Source: Alphaproteobacteria bacterium
Lineage (GTDB): Bacteria > Pseudomonadota > Alphaproteobacteria > UBA6615
DNA length: 64,000 nucleotides
Assembly: GCA_021774575.1 (NCBI GenBank)
Contig: JAJFIX010000017.1
Location: 3,924 to 67,923, forward strand
Direction of reading: 5' to 3'
Of the stretch, positions 20,181 to 30,069 are shown piece by piece. The notes beneath the pieces were generated by a model that was not told the origin of the DNA, searched no databases, and worked only from the letters and a program-made list of their open reading frames with translations. The translations under genes and the position numbers were made by a program. Numbering within the stretch: the first letter of the stretch is position 1; each line of letters begins with the position of its first letter.

Positions 20181-20304
20181 TGCACTGCAACATTATTTTG
20201 CTGCACTGCACAAAAACACTTGACCTATGCGTCGATGGGGCATATATGGATAATTGTGCAGTGCAGCAAATGCAGTGCAGCAACGAAATTCACCGGTGCA
20301 GTGG
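20181..20304. promoter_or_regulatory. operator-like TGCAGTGCA repeat set around the phasin promoter (candidate PhaR-type sites)
   Basis: TGCACTGCA occurs at 20181-20189 and 20202-20210. The reverse-complement form TGCAGTGCAGCAA occurs at 20257-20269 and 20271-20283, with a partial copy at 20297-20304. gctgcactgcaca (20200-20212) is the exact reverse complement of tgtgcagtgcagc (20255-20267). Confidence 0.5.
20220..20248 (+). promoter_or_regulatory. candidate sigma-70-type promoter of the phasin gene
   Basis: TTGACC (20220-20225), a 17-nt spacer, then TATATG (20243-20248). Lies between the inverted operator-like repeats, ~100 nt upstream of the ATG. Confidence 0.4.
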
Positions 20305-20345
20305 CGCCTGTCGCGCTTCACCCTAGGCTTTAAGGAGACAATCTG

Positions 20346-20786
20346 ATGGCGACCAAAAACGGTAACCCTTTCGACGTAGATTTCGCCAAGTTCTTCGAAA
20401 ATTTCACGGCACCCAAGTTCGACGTGCCCCAGTTTGACGTGAAGGCGATTGCCGCTCTGCAGCAGAGCAATATTGACGCCATTGGCGAGGTCAACCAGGT
20501 CGCTTCGGCTGGGCTGAAGGCCATCGCCGCTCGCCAGACCGAGATGGTTCAGGGTGCGGTTGAAGAGTCGACCAAGGCCGCTGGTAAGTTGGCTGCTGTA
20601 AAGGCCGATGACCGCTTTGACGCATCGGCCAAGCTGGCCAAGACCGCATTCGACACGGCGGTTTCTAACTTTCAGGAACTTGCTGAGCTGGCGGTCAAAT
20701 CCCAGGCCCAACTGGCCGAGACGTTGACCAGCGTTTACACGAAAAATGTTGATGGACTGCAGGCCGCTAAGCCCGCCGCCAAATAA
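20346..20786 (+). CDS. phasin family (PHA granule-associated) protein
   Basis: 146 aa Ala/Lys/Gln-rich helical protein. The N-terminal FDV...KFDVPQFDVKAIAALQQSNIDAIGEVNQV pattern is typical of alphaproteobacterial phasins. Confidence 0.75.
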   Translation: MATKNGNPFDVDFAKFFENFTAPKFDVPQFDVKAIAALQQSNIDAIGEVNQVASAGLKAIAARQTEMVQGAVEESTKAAGKLAAVKADDRFDASAKLAKTAFDTAVSNFQELAELAVKSQAQLAETLTSVYTKNVDGLQAAKPAAK

Positions 20787-20968
20787 CTAATCTGGATCGA
20801 GGCTGCAAGGGTGCGGCCGACCGATCCAGTGGGGAACGGCACGCAGACCTCCCTTTGCCGCCGAACCCCGACCCCCCGCGCGAGTAACCCGATCCCCCAT
20901 CGGTATTCGTGCGACGACCCGGCCGGAACCACGACTCCGGCCGGATCCAAGAATTTCCTCCCTATCTC

Positions 20969-20999
20969 GGGCTGTCCAAATAGGGCGGCCCATTTTTTT
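20969..20999 (+). terminator. rho-independent terminator
   Basis: GGGCUGUCC (20969-20977) pairs with GGGCGGCCC (20983-20991): a 9-bp stem with two G-U pairs and loop AAAUA, followed by A + UUUUUUU (20993-20999). Confidence 0.75.
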
Positions 21000-21112
21000 G
21001 CCCGTAAACCGTGTTAACGTCTTAGGCGGGAGTTGATTTAGCTCATCGCCGTTTGTTTGCTAGTCGGGCATACTGATTGAGGTAATTTTTTAGAACGGGT
21101 GCCGCCATAAAA

Positions 21113-21835
21113 ATGAAGACCGGGCATGACAAAATGGCCGCCTTTCGCGTGCGCGGCTTGACCAAGGTCTACGGCGATGGAGATCTTGCCGTACAGGCCT
21201 TGCGTGGCGTCGACTTAGAGCTTTATGACGGCGAAATTGTGGTGCTTGTCGGGCCGTCGGGGAGTGGCAAGTCAACGTTTTTAAATATTCTCGGTGGTTT
21301 GGATCATCCCACATCGGGCAAGGTTTTTTTTCGCGATAGTGAGCTAACCGGTTTTGATGACAAAGGTCTCACCGGTTTTCGGCGGGCCCATGTCGGGTTT
21401 GTTTTTCAGTTTTACAATTTGATTTCGAGCCTGACGGCGACCGAGAATGTCGACCTGGTAACCGAAATTTCCGACCATCCTCTGACTGCCACCCATGCAT
21501 TGGACTTGGTCGGACTTGGAGATCGGGCCGATCACTTTCCGGCCCAACTCTCCGGCGGCGAGCAGCAGCGGGTCGCGGTGGCCCGCGCGATTGCCAAGCA
21601 GCCTGATATACTGCTCTGCGATGAACCAACGGGCGCGCTTGATAGCGAAACCGGAATTTTGGTGCTGGGCGCCATCGACCGGGTCAATCGCGAACTTGGT
21701 ACGACCACCGTACTAATCACCCATAATGCGGCGATATCGGGCATGGCCGACCGGGTCATTTCCTTTGCCGATGGCCGGGTCGCTGGGATTGAAACCAATG
21801 GCTCTCGTTTGCCGGTGCAGGAGTTGAGCTGGTGA
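21113..21835 (+). CDS. ABC transporter ATP-binding protein (MacB/LolD-like)
   Basis: Walker [11 protein letters not shown]-loop, signature [14 protein letters not shown] and Walker [13 protein letters not shown]. Confidence 0.9.
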   Translation: MKTGHDKMAAFRVRGLTKVYGDGDLAVQALRGVDLELYDGEIVVLVGPSGSGKSTFLNILGGLDHPTSGKVFFRDSELTGFDDKGLTGFRRAHVGFVFQFYNLISSLTATENVDLVTEISDHPLTATHALDLVGLGDRADHFPAQLSGGEQQRVAVARAIAKQPDILLCDEPTGALDSETGILVLGAIDRVNRELGTTTVLITHNAAISGMADRVISFADGRVAGIETNGSRLPVQELSW

Positions 21836-24234
21836 GCGGGCGGGGCCTCGGTCTGGCGGCGATTGACCGGAAAATGCTGCGCGATTTATGGCGTATGCGT
21901 GGTCAGGCCGTCGCGATTGCGCTGGTCGCTGCGGCCGGTGTGGCGATGTATGTGATGGCGGCGGGAACTTTTGCGTCTTTGTCGGCGACGCGAGACGCCT
22001 ATTATGACCGCTATCGGATGCCCGATATTTTTGCCGGCGCTGTGCGGGCGCCGGAGAGCGCGGCCCGCGAGATCGCACTGCTGTCGGGTGTGTTACGCGC
22101 CGACAGCAGGATCGTCGGGCAGGCAACCCTCGATATGGTAGGTGTCGACGAGCCGGTATTGGCGCGACTGGTCTCATGGGATCCGAGCAAACCGGAAAAC
22201 CTCGGCAGGCCGTATCTGCGGGCCGGACGGCTGATCGCCCCCGGACGCCCGGACGAAGGGATGGTCAGCGAGAATTTTGCCACAGCCCATGGGCTGGCCC
22301 CTGGCGACAAGCTGGTGGCGACGATCAATGGCCAGCGTCGCACCATCGATATTGTCGGCATTGTCTTGTCGCCTGAATTTGTCTACGCCATCGCGCCCGG
22401 CGCCATCATGCCGGATAATCGCCTTTACGGAATTATCTGGCTGGCGCGGCTGTCGTTGGCGGCGACTTATGATCTTCAGGGGGCCTTCAACGAACTCGCC
22501 GTTAGCGTCATCCCGGATGCTGATCAGAGAGAAATCTTTGCCGGCGTCGATCGGATTCTTGCTCCTTTTGGAGGGGTGAGCGCCTATGGCCGGACCGACC
22601 ATATGTCCGACGCATTTTTAGCTGCGGAAATTGACGGGCTGGAAGCGATGGGAAAAGTCGTGCCGCCGATCTTTCTCGCCGTTGCCGCGTTTTTGGTTAA
22701 TATCGTCATGAGCCGCCTCATCCAGACCGAGCGCGAGCGTATTGGGCTCTTCAAGGCTTTCGGCTATACCAATCGTGCCATTGGTTTTCATTATCTAAAA
22801 TTGGTGTCGGTGATAACGGCTGCCGGTGCGTTGCTCGGGATGGCGGGCGGCAGTTGGCTGGGCCGGGCGGTAACCGAAATTTATGGTGAATTTTTCAGTT
22901 TCCCATTTTTGCTGTTTCGGCCCAATTTATCGACTATGATCATTGCTGCCGGTGTGACCCTTGCCGCAGGCTGCCTCGGCACAGTTTCGGCGATCCGCCG
23001 GGCGGTGCTGTTGCCACCGGCGGAGGCGATGATCCCGCCAACTCCACCGCGCTATCGCCAGATTTCCCTGCCCGGTGCCATTGGCCGGATGGCAGGTTTT
23101 CTAAGTAATAAACTTTCTCAGCCAACACGGATGATCGGCCGCCAGCTCCTTCGTGCTTGGGGACGGGGGGCGGCAACATGCGTCGGTATTTCCCTCTCGG
23201 TCGCAATGCTGGTATCGACGATGTTTTTTTTCGATGCAATCGAGGTTCTTATCGACACCCAATTTCAGGTCGGCCAACGCCAAGATGTGAGCGTGACCTT
23301 TGTCGAAGCCACGCGGCCCGATGCACTTTGGTCCTTGGAGCGTTTGCCCGGCGTCATGAAGGCTGAGGGATTTCGCGCCGTTCCCGCATCTGTTTCGGCC
23401 GGCCGGTTCAGCCGTAACGTTTCGATCATCGGACTTCCCGCCCAATCCCAATTACAACGTCCGCTGGACCGTCGACTAATGCCGATTGCAATTCCCGAGC
23501 GAGGTATATTGCTCTCGGCCAAACTTGGTGAGTTGCTCGGTGTGGGGGTCGGCGACACAATATCGGTCGAGGTTAAATTGGGCGCGCGCCCTCAGATGGA
23601 GCTTCGCGTGACGGCTCTGGCCGACGATTATATCGGTACCTCGGCCTATATGGATATCGCCTCGCTCAATCGAGCGATGGGGCACGTCACATTGATCAGC
23701 GGCGCCAATATTCTTTTGGACCCAGTCGACGAACCGATGTTTTTCCAGACCGTCCGCGACATGCCGTTTATTGCCGGGGTCCAATCCAACAGTGTGGCGC
23801 TGGCGATGTTTCGCGCGACCATGGCCGAGAACCTGTTTATCACGATATTTTTCTACATTGCCTTTGCCGCGATCATTGCCGTTGGCATCGTCTATAACGC
23901 CGCCCGCATTTCACTGTCGGAGCGGGCGCGGGAACTGGCCACGCTGAGGGTTCTGGGCTTTTCACGGGGCGAGGTTTCATACATTCTGCTAGGCGAGCTA
24001 GCAGTGCTGACGGTGATCGCCATGCCTCTTGGCTGTGGCCTGGGTTATTTATTTGCGACGGGAATAATCGAACTCTATCGCACGGATCTGATGCGGATAC
24101 CGCTAATCGTGAATGAATCGACCTATGCGGTGTCGATGTTGATCGTCTTAATCGTCACTGCATTGTCGGGATTGCTTGTGCGTCGTCAAATCGACCAACT
24201 GGATTTGGTCGCGGTCTTGAAAACGAGGGAGTGA
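21832..24234 (+). CDS. ABC transporter permease with duplicated FtsX-like domains
   Basis: 800 aa. Two FtsX-type 4-TM modules, with ER.REIG..KA.G-like blocks [12 protein letters not shown] and [14 protein letters not shown], are separated by large extracytoplasmic regions. The GTG start overlaps the upstream stop (GTGA). Confidence 0.8.
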   Translation: MSGRGLGLAAIDRKMLRDLWRMRGQAVAIALVAAAGVAMYVMAAGTFASLSATRDAYYDRYRMPDIFAGAVRAPESAAREIALLSGVLRADSRIVGQATLDMVGVDEPVLARLVSWDPSKPENLGRPYLRAGRLIAPGRPDEGMVSENFATAHGLAPGDKLVATINGQRRTIDIVGIVLSPEFVYAIAPGAIMPDNRLYGIIWLARLSLAATYDLQGAFNELAVSVIPDADQREIFAGVDRILAPFGGVSAYGRTDHMSDAFLAAEIDGLEAMGKVVPPIFLAVAAFLVNIVMSRLIQTERERIGLFKAFGYTNRAIGFHYLKLVSVITAAGALLGMAGGSWLGRAVTEIYGEFFSFPFLLFRPNLSTMIIAAGVTLAAGCLGTVSAIRRAVLLPPAEAMIPPTPPRYRQISLPGAIGRMAGFLSNKLSQPTRMIGRQLLRAWGRGAATCVGISLSVAMLVSTMFFFDAIEVLIDTQFQVGQRQDVSVTFVEATRPDALWSLERLPGVMKAEGFRAVPASVSAGRFSRNVSIIGLPAQSQLQRPLDRRLMPIAIPERGILLSAKLGELLGVGVGDTISVEVKLGARPQMELRVTALADDYIGTSAYMDIASLNRAMGHVTLISGANILLDPVDEPMFFQTVRDMPFIAGVQSNSVALAMFRATMAENLFITIFFYIAFAAIIAVGIVYNAARISLSERARELATLRVLGFSRGEVSYILLGELAVLTVIAMPLGCGLGYLFATGIIELYRTDLMRIPLIVNESTYAVSMLIVLIVTALSGLLVRRQIDQLDLVAVLKTRE

Positions 24235-25457
24235 GGACGATGGTCAAATTCTCACGAAAATACCTAACGGTCACAATTGTCATTGCGGTGCTCGCCGGAC
24301 TGTCATATTTCGCCTTTCGGCCACAGCCCGTTCCGGTCGATCTCGGATTTGCGCAGCTTGGCCCAATGCAAATGACCGTGTCGGGCAGCGGAACCACCCG
24401 CATTCGCAATGTCTATGTGATATCGGCACCGGTTGGTGGCCAATTATTGCGTATCGACAAGGATGTTGGCGATGCCGTGGTCGCTGGAGAAACCGAACTT
24501 GCCGCTATTTTGCCGCAAGACCCAACATTGCTCGACGCGCGGTCGCTTGCCCTAGCCGAGGCAGCTGTTGACGCGGCGCAAGCGGCATTGGGTCTATCCG
24601 GTGCCGAGGTTGATCGGGCAACCGCAGAGCTTAGCTATGCCCAAGCCGATTATGCGCGAACTGCTCGTCTGGCCGAAAACGGAAACGCCTCTCAGGCGCG
24701 ACTTGACCAATCCGAAATGAAAGTCAGGATTGGCCAAGCCGCCGTTGCCACGGCGCAAAGCGCCAAGCGGGTATCCGAGTTTGATCTCGATGTCGCCCGC
24801 GCTCAACTGGTCGGACCCGAGAGCTTAGGTGATGACGGTGACGGTTCAAATTGCTGCATCCGACTACGCTCGCCGATCGGCGGGCAAATATTGCGGCTAT
24901 TGCATGAAAGCCAGACGGTGATTAGCGCGGGAACACCGCTGATGGAAATCGGCGATGCCGGGGATCTCGAAATCTTGGTCGATTTGCTCTCTGAAGATGC
25001 GGTCAAGGTCGCCGCCGGGGCAACCGTCGCAATCGTTCAATGGGGAGGCGAAGTCTCCCTTGAAGGCCGGGTGCGCCGCGTTGAACCCTATGGGTTCGAG
25101 AAAATTTCAGCCCTCGGCATCGAAGAACAGCGGGTCAATGTGGTTGTTGATATCGTTTCACCCCGCCAACAATGGCTGGCACTGGGGCACGGGTTCTCGG
25201 TTTCCGCGCGGATCGAGGTCTGGGCTCGTGACGACGCCCTGACCGTGCCCACGGGGGCTCTGTTTCGCGACGGCGATAACTGGGCGGTCTATGTCGCCGA
25301 GGCAGGCAACGCGGTTCAGCGACGCGTCGAAATCGGTCGCAACAATGGAACCCAAGCAGAAATCCTCGGCGGACTGGAGGCGGGCACGCCCGTCATCCTT
25401 TATCCAAGTGACCGAATAGTTGAAGCGGTGGCGATCACTGAGCGCGCTAGCCGGTAG
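24231..25457 (+). CDS. HlyD-family periplasmic adaptor (membrane fusion protein)
   Basis: 408 aa. N-terminal TM anchor, lipoyl/hairpin coiled-coil (AQAALG...AELSYAQADYARTARL) and beta-barrel segments. 4-nt overlap with the permease gene. Confidence 0.8.
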   Translation: MRTMVKFSRKYLTVTIVIAVLAGLSYFAFRPQPVPVDLGFAQLGPMQMTVSGSGTTRIRNVYVISAPVGGQLLRIDKDVGDAVVAGETELAAILPQDPTLLDARSLALAEAAVDAAQAALGLSGAEVDRATAELSYAQADYARTARLAENGNASQARLDQSEMKVRIGQAAVATAQSAKRVSEFDLDVARAQLVGPESLGDDGDGSNCCIRLRSPIGGQILRLLHESQTVISAGTPLMEIGDAGDLEILVDLLSEDAVKVAAGATVAIVQWGGEVSLEGRVRRVEPYGFEKISALGIEEQRVNVVVDIVSPRQQWLALGHGFSVSARIEVWARDDALTVPTGALFRDGDNWAVYVAEAGNAVQRRVEIGRNNGTQAEILGGLEAGTPVILYPSDRIVEAVAITERASR

Positions 25458-25468
25458 CTCGACCCGGC

Positions 25469-26653
25469 CTAATCAGAAGTAGGCACCAGCGAGTAGCGCG
25501 GATCTGCCGCCAGGCACTCGGCTTCGGGCACGCCCAGTTCCTTGCGCACGATATTCGTGCCCTGAACCAAGGCCGAAATTTTATAACGCGCATGACGCCG
25601 GCTCATGCCTTCGCGGCCCATGCCGCAATCCGAGGAGACGATCAGCCGCTCTGCCGGGATATGTTTCAGCGCTTCACGGATCGTTGCGGCGATTTCGTCG
25701 GGACGTTCGACCTGCAATGAATGGTGATCGATGACACCGATAGCGACTTTTTTATCTGTGATATGTTTGCCGATCGCCTCTAGATCCATATGGTCCGAGG
25801 AGCAGGATTCAAAGGTAATGATGTCGGCGTCGACGGTGGCTAGCTGTTCCAGCGACGGCGCATAACTCTGCACTTCCTTAAACATCCGTTGCTGGGATGG
25901 GTTACCCCAGCATGTGTGGCACCAAACTTCCGTCTTGTCGCGCAGGCCTTTAACGGTGTTGTTAAAGATCTTGACCATTTCGGGCATGTCGAGGGTGCCA
26001 AAAATTGGGCCGCGTGCGGGGATCATATGAACCTGGGGCTCTTCGAGCTGGATGATCGGGCAGCCGGCATCGGCCAATTCGTTGAGCTCTTCGTTGATCG
26101 CGTCGCTGAACGCCATAATGCGTTCAACCGGGTCCTTGTAATAATCGTCGGCGATTGCCGCGGCGAGCAATTCGGGTGTGATCGTGCCGAACTTAACCGG
26201 CTTGGACGTCATGCGCTGGGCCGTCTTCCACATCGCCGTATATTGCAGGTCGCCTCGGCCAACCGGGCCAACTAGCCGCGGCATGACCCGCGCTTCTAGG
26301 TAATCATGCAGGATATGGCCCACCGGAAATGCGACGCCGCCGGTTTTCATAACTGCCGGCTTGGGGTTCTGCTTGTCAAAGCCGTCCATGTGAAAAAGTG
26401 GATAGCTCGTCCAGCTTTGACCGCCGACCTCTTCGTCATAATGGGCGTCGCCATCGGTGCAAATATCCAGCCCCGCTGTTTCCTGATCGCGCAGGTAAGA
26501 CGAAACAGCGTCGCTATATTGTTCGCGATAGCGGGTATTCATCATCGCTTCGAGAAAACTTCTTTTACCAAGGTTCTCGGTAAACCAAGATGGGCGTGGC
26601 AGGGAACCAATGATGGATGTCGGTAAAATAATATCGGCAGTTACTTTGTACAT
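25469..26653 (-). CDS. short single-domain MetE-like (cobalamin-independent methionine synthase family) Zn-dependent methyltransferase
   Basis: About 394 aa from Met18, behind gggaagagaa. IGSLPRPSWF opening. Zn-ligand-type HTCWGN and SSDCGMG blocks, as in the MetE catalytic domain. Only half the length of canonical MetE. Confidence 0.65.
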   Translation of the reverse strand: MYKVTADIILPTSIIGSLPRPSWFTENLGKRSFLEAMMNTRYREQYSDAVSSYLRDQETAGLDICTDGDAHYDEEVGGQSWTSYPLFHMDGFDKQNPKPAVMKTGGVAFPVGHILHDYLEARVMPRLVGPVGRGDLQYTAMWKTAQRMTSKPVKFGTITPELLAAAIADDYYKDPVERIMAFSDAINEELNELADAGCPIIQLEEPQVHMIPARGPIFGTLDMPEMVKIFNNTVKGLRDKTEVWCHTCWGNPSQQRMFKEVQSYAPSLEQLATVDADIITFESCSSDHMDLEAIGKHITDKKVAIGVIDHHSLQVERPDEIAATIREALKHIPAERLIVSSDCGMGREGMSRRHARYKISALVQGTNIVRKELGVPEAECLAADPRYSLVPTSD

Positions 26654-26697
26654 ATTCTCTTCCCTAATTGGTGCCCTGGATTTTGAAATGCGATAAT

Positions 26698-26720
26698 TGA
26701 TCATTTTCGATGATTAATCA
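26698..26720. promoter_or_regulatory. candidate TetR operator palindromes in the divergent intergenic region
   Basis: Perfect 10-bp palindrome TGATTAATCA (26711-26720) and the related TGATCA (26698-26703), both in the 81-bp spacer between the MetE-like gene and the TetR gene. Confidence 0.4.
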
Positions 26721-26734
26721 ATAATAGCGTCGGC

Positions 26735-27457
26735 ATGTTAAATGCGTATGCGGCGCGAAACAATATGAAGAAAGCAATGAAACCTGTTTCCAGACTAGAT
26801 CGTAAGAAGGCGCGGACCCGGCAACTGCTATTGGCGGCAGCCTATGGCATAATGTCGAGGAAGGGTGTCGACGCTACCTCGATTGCCGAGGTAACCGAAA
26901 AGGCCGATATCGGGTTTGGGACATTTTATAATTATTTCGAGAGTAAGGATAGCTTGGCCGCGCAGGTTCTCGATTGTGTCATCGATGATCTCGGGCGGCG
27001 CAACGATGCGGCAACCGCCAATTTAAAAGGGCGAGACCCGGCGGCGGTGCAAGCGACATCGATCCGGCTGACATTGCGCGAAATGCTCGCCAACCCGATT
27101 TGGAAATGGTGGTGCAAGCGGCCCGAACTTTTAGCCGAACGTCTGGGTCGCGGGTTTTACAAGTTCGGTACAAGGGATTTGCGACTGGGAATTGATGCCG
27201 GTCGTTATGAAATACTGCCCAGTGATGTCGACGCCGTTTGGAAGCTTCAAATGTGGCTGCTGGTTGGCGGCTTCGTCGATATTCTCAGCGGCGAGGTAAC
27301 GGGCGCGAATGAGACGCGGTTGATCGAGGCTATTATGCGCGCCATGGGGCTCCCGGCCGATCAGGCGCGGTCGGTCGCCCGGATAAAATTGCCAAAAATG
27401 CCCGAATATGGTGCGGAATCCGACATCATATTTGGGGTTGAACCGGTGGCAGGCTGA
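26735..27457 (+). CDS. TetR/AcrR family transcriptional regulator
   Basis: N-terminal HTH TRQLLLAAAYGIMSRKGVDATSIAEVTEKADIGFGTFYNYFESKD. The start is uncertain; in-frame ATGs at 26765 and 26777 are alternatives. Confidence 0.85.
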   Translation: MLNAYAARNNMKKAMKPVSRLDRKKARTRQLLLAAAYGIMSRKGVDATSIAEVTEKADIGFGTFYNYFESKDSLAAQVLDCVIDDLGRRNDAATANLKGRDPAAVQATSIRLTLREMLANPIWKWWCKRPELLAERLGRGFYKFGTRDLRLGIDAGRYEILPSDVDAVWKLQMWLLVGGFVDILSGEVTGANETRLIEAIMRAMGLPADQARSVARIKLPKMPEYGAESDIIFGVEPVAG

Positions 27458-27585
27458 ACCCATTCCGCCATATTATTAGCAAATTTCCGGCACGAAAGAG
27501 CGCGTTTCCTTCAGCGTCGGGATTTGACATGGGATATAAGTGATGTATCATCGGTTTTGATTGGCCATCAATTATAGGGGTTTCC

Positions 27586-28125
27586 ATGCACCACGTACTT
27601 CGCGCCGACGAGGATACGTTTTTTCTTGGAGCGTCCACTAGCTATAACAATGGCTATAAGAACGGCAATTTCGATATTCGCGATCCGCGCAACCGCCATT
27701 TATTTCGCATGAATGATGACGATATCGTGCTCGATAATTTGAAAATCGGCACGACGGTAGATGCACCGAAAGTCTCGGCCAGCATGTCGACCGCCCTTTT
27801 GGCCTATAGCGGCATCGCGCTGAAAATGTTGGTTGACCAGCGTTTGGACGCCCAGTGCATGACCATGTTTATGGTCGAATACCAACCCGGCGGCAGCGCC
27901 TTACCTCACGATCACCCGCTAGAAGAAGCCTATTACATTGCCGAGGGCGAGGTTGAGGCAGAAGCCGATGGGGTCCGCTACACGCTGCGCCCCGGCGATG
28001 TGTTCTGGACCGGCGTCGGCTGTGTTCATGCGTTCTATAATACCAGCGGAAAGACGGTCCGCCGGCTGGAGACCCAGCCCCCGCAACCGCCGGCACGCCA
28101 TGCGTATCGGTTTGCCCGGGATTAG
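27586..28125 (+). CDS. cupin-domain protein
   Basis: 179 aa. Cupin motif 1 G.ALPHDHPLEEAYYIAEGE and motif 2 GDVFWTGVGCVHAFYN. Confidence 0.7.
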   Translation: MHHVLRADEDTFFLGASTSYNNGYKNGNFDIRDPRNRHLFRMNDDDIVLDNLKIGTTVDAPKVSASMSTALLAYSGIALKMLVDQRLDAQCMTMFMVEYQPGGSALPHDHPLEEAYYIAEGEVEAEADGVRYTLRPGDVFWTGVGCVHAFYNTSGKTVRRLETQPPQPPARHAYRFARD

Positions 28126-28164
28126 GAATATCTGAAAGAGAAACTCGCCACAGCCTCAGCATAA

Positions 28165-28760
28165 AGGAAACTTCACACGGTCACTCAGGGTCAAGAGACT
28201 GTTGTCGTTGTTGGTGGCACATCGGGTATTGGGCGCGAGATTGCTCGCCATTTTGCCGATCTAGGCAATAAGGTCGTCATCACCGACCGCGACATTGACC
28301 GCGCGACCGGCGTCGCCATGGAGATTGGTGACAAGGTTGAAGCCAGGGCATTGGACTTGGCCCAACCGGAGGAAATTTCAGCCAAACTAGAGGGTGTTGG
28401 CCGGGTCGACCGACTGGTTCTGGTGGCGATCGAGCGCGATTACAACAGTGTGCGCGACTATGACATGGCCAAGGCGACGCGCCTGGCGACGGTCAAGCTC
28501 GTTGGCTATGCCCAAGTCATTCACACGCGGTTGCCGGACATGTCCGAAAATGCCTCCATGGTTGCCTTTGGCGGTTTGGCCAAGGAGCGTCCCTATCCTG
28601 GGTCGATAAAACAGACGTGATCGAGCAAATGCGTGGTCGGACGCCGGGTGGCCGATTGGCGACAACTGCCGATCTCGTGGATTTGGTGGCTTTTCTGTTG
28701 AACAATGGCTCAGTAAACGGCGTTAATCTGACCGTCAACGGTGGCTGGTTGCTGCAGTGA
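28165..28760 (+). pseudogene. decayed short-chain dehydrogenase/reductase (SDR)
   Basis: Frame 1 opens after TAA 28162-28164 and reads ...VVVVGGTSGIGREIARHFADLG...RPYPGS, then stops at 28618-28620. There is no ATG/GTG/TTG behind the aaggaaa RBS (ACG at 28177). The C-terminal SDR block IEQMRGRTPGGRLAT...NGVNLTVNGGWLLQ continues in another frame to 28760. Roughly 50 codons that would hold the catalytic region are missing. Confidence 0.7.
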
Positions 28761-28925
28761 GCTTTCTACTCAACCAAGAGGTTTGTTAGACATCAGTAAT
28801 TGAAGTGTTGCTAGTATAAAAAAGGCTCCTTACCTTTTGTCGAGATCTCTGATGAGATCGGCTGTTCGGTTTTTGGGTCTAGTAATACCTCTGCCTGGAG
28901 GTGAAATTTTGGGAGACGACACGTC

Positions 28926-30026
28926 ATGATGAGAACGAAACCGCCATTTCGTGCCGACCAGGTCGGTAGCCTCTTGCGCTCGGCGGCAATCAAGGATGCG
29001 AGAATCAAGCGTGCTGCGGGGCAAATCGATGCCGAGGCATTGGCCGAAATCGAAGATACGGAAATAAGGCGTGTCGTCGCCAAGCAAGAGGAAATTGGAC
29101 TGCAGGCGGTGACCGACGGCGAATATCGCCGCGCCTGGTGGCATTTCGATTTTCTCGGCGGCCTCGACGGGGTGGAGTTTTTCGCTGCCGATAGTGGGAT
29201 CCAGTTTGCCGGGGTTGAAACCAAGGCCGATGGTATTCGGCTGACTGGCAAGCTGGGTTTTTCAGATCATCCGATGCTCGATCATTTCCGTTTTTTGAAA
29301 GAGAGCAGCACGGTCACGCCAAAAATGTGCATTCCCAGTCCGAGTGTACTGCATTTTCGCCAGGTCGATGAAGCGCGCCGGGCGATCTATCCCGACCTTG
29401 ACGAATTTTATGAAGATCTCGGCAACACTTATGCCGACGTCGTCAAAGGTTTTTACGACGCCGGGTGCCGCTATCTGCAGTTTGACGATACGGTCTGGGC
29501 CTATCTCTGTTCGAACGTCGAAATTGAAAAAGCCAAGGGACGCGGCTTGGAGACAGAGGGTCTGCAGGAGCGTTATAAAAAGGCTGTCAATACGGCCTTG
29601 GCTGCCAAGCCCGACGATATGACCGTTACCATGCATGTGTGCCGCGGTAATTTTCGCTCGACCTGGATTTCGGAAGGTGGATACGAGCCGGTCGCCGAAA
29701 CATTGCTCAATGGTCTCAACCTTGACGGCTATTTTCTCGAATATGATAGCGAGCGGGCGGGCGGCTTTGAGCCGCTAAGGTTCCTGCCAAGGGGCGACAA
29801 GCTGGTGGTTTTGGGCCTGGTGACATCAAAATTCGGCGAGCTCGAATCCCGCGACGGCATTAAGGCACGGATTGAAGAGGTGACAAAATATGTCGATCTC
29901 GATCAGCTTTGCCTGAGCCCTCAATGCGGGTTTGCTTCCACCGAAGAAGGCAACGAGGTCGCCGAAGAAGAGCAATGGGCAAAACTGCGCAATATCGTCG
30001 AGGTTGCCGAGGAAATATGGGGCTGA
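28926..30026 (+). CDS. short MetE-like (YxjG/YxjH-type, cobalamin-independent methionine synthase family) methyltransferase
   Basis: 366 aa. PFRADQVGSLLRS...VTDGEYRRAWWHFDFL opening, MHVCRGN His/Cys block and C-terminal LSPQCGFAS Zn-ligand block. Confidence 0.7.
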   Translation: MMRTKPPFRADQVGSLLRSAAIKDARIKRAAGQIDAEALAEIEDTEIRRVVAKQEEIGLQAVTDGEYRRAWWHFDFLGGLDGVEFFAADSGIQFAGVETKADGIRLTGKLGFSDHPMLDHFRFLKESSTVTPKMCIPSPSVLHFRQVDEARRAIYPDLDEFYEDLGNTYADVVKGFYDAGCRYLQFDDTVWAYLCSNVEIEKAKGRGLETEGLQERYKKAVNTALAAKPDDMTVTMHVCRGNFRSTWISEGGYEPVAETLLNGLNLDGYFLEYDSERAGGFEPLRFLPRGDKLVVLGLVTSKFGELESRDGIKARIEEVTKYVDLDQLCLSPQCGFASTEEGNEVAEEEQWAKLRNIVEVAEEIWG

Positions 30027-30069
30027 AGAGGGCTTGTTTGATTGAGGGGCTGGCGATTTGAGCGGATTG

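Noticed and set aside
28849-28856. CTGATGAG, identical to the hammerhead ribozyme core box, in the 5' region of the second MetE-like gene.
   Set aside because: There is no downstream GAAA box and no three-stem architecture around it, so this is most likely chance. I also could not support a SAM or cobalamin riboswitch in this leader by eye.
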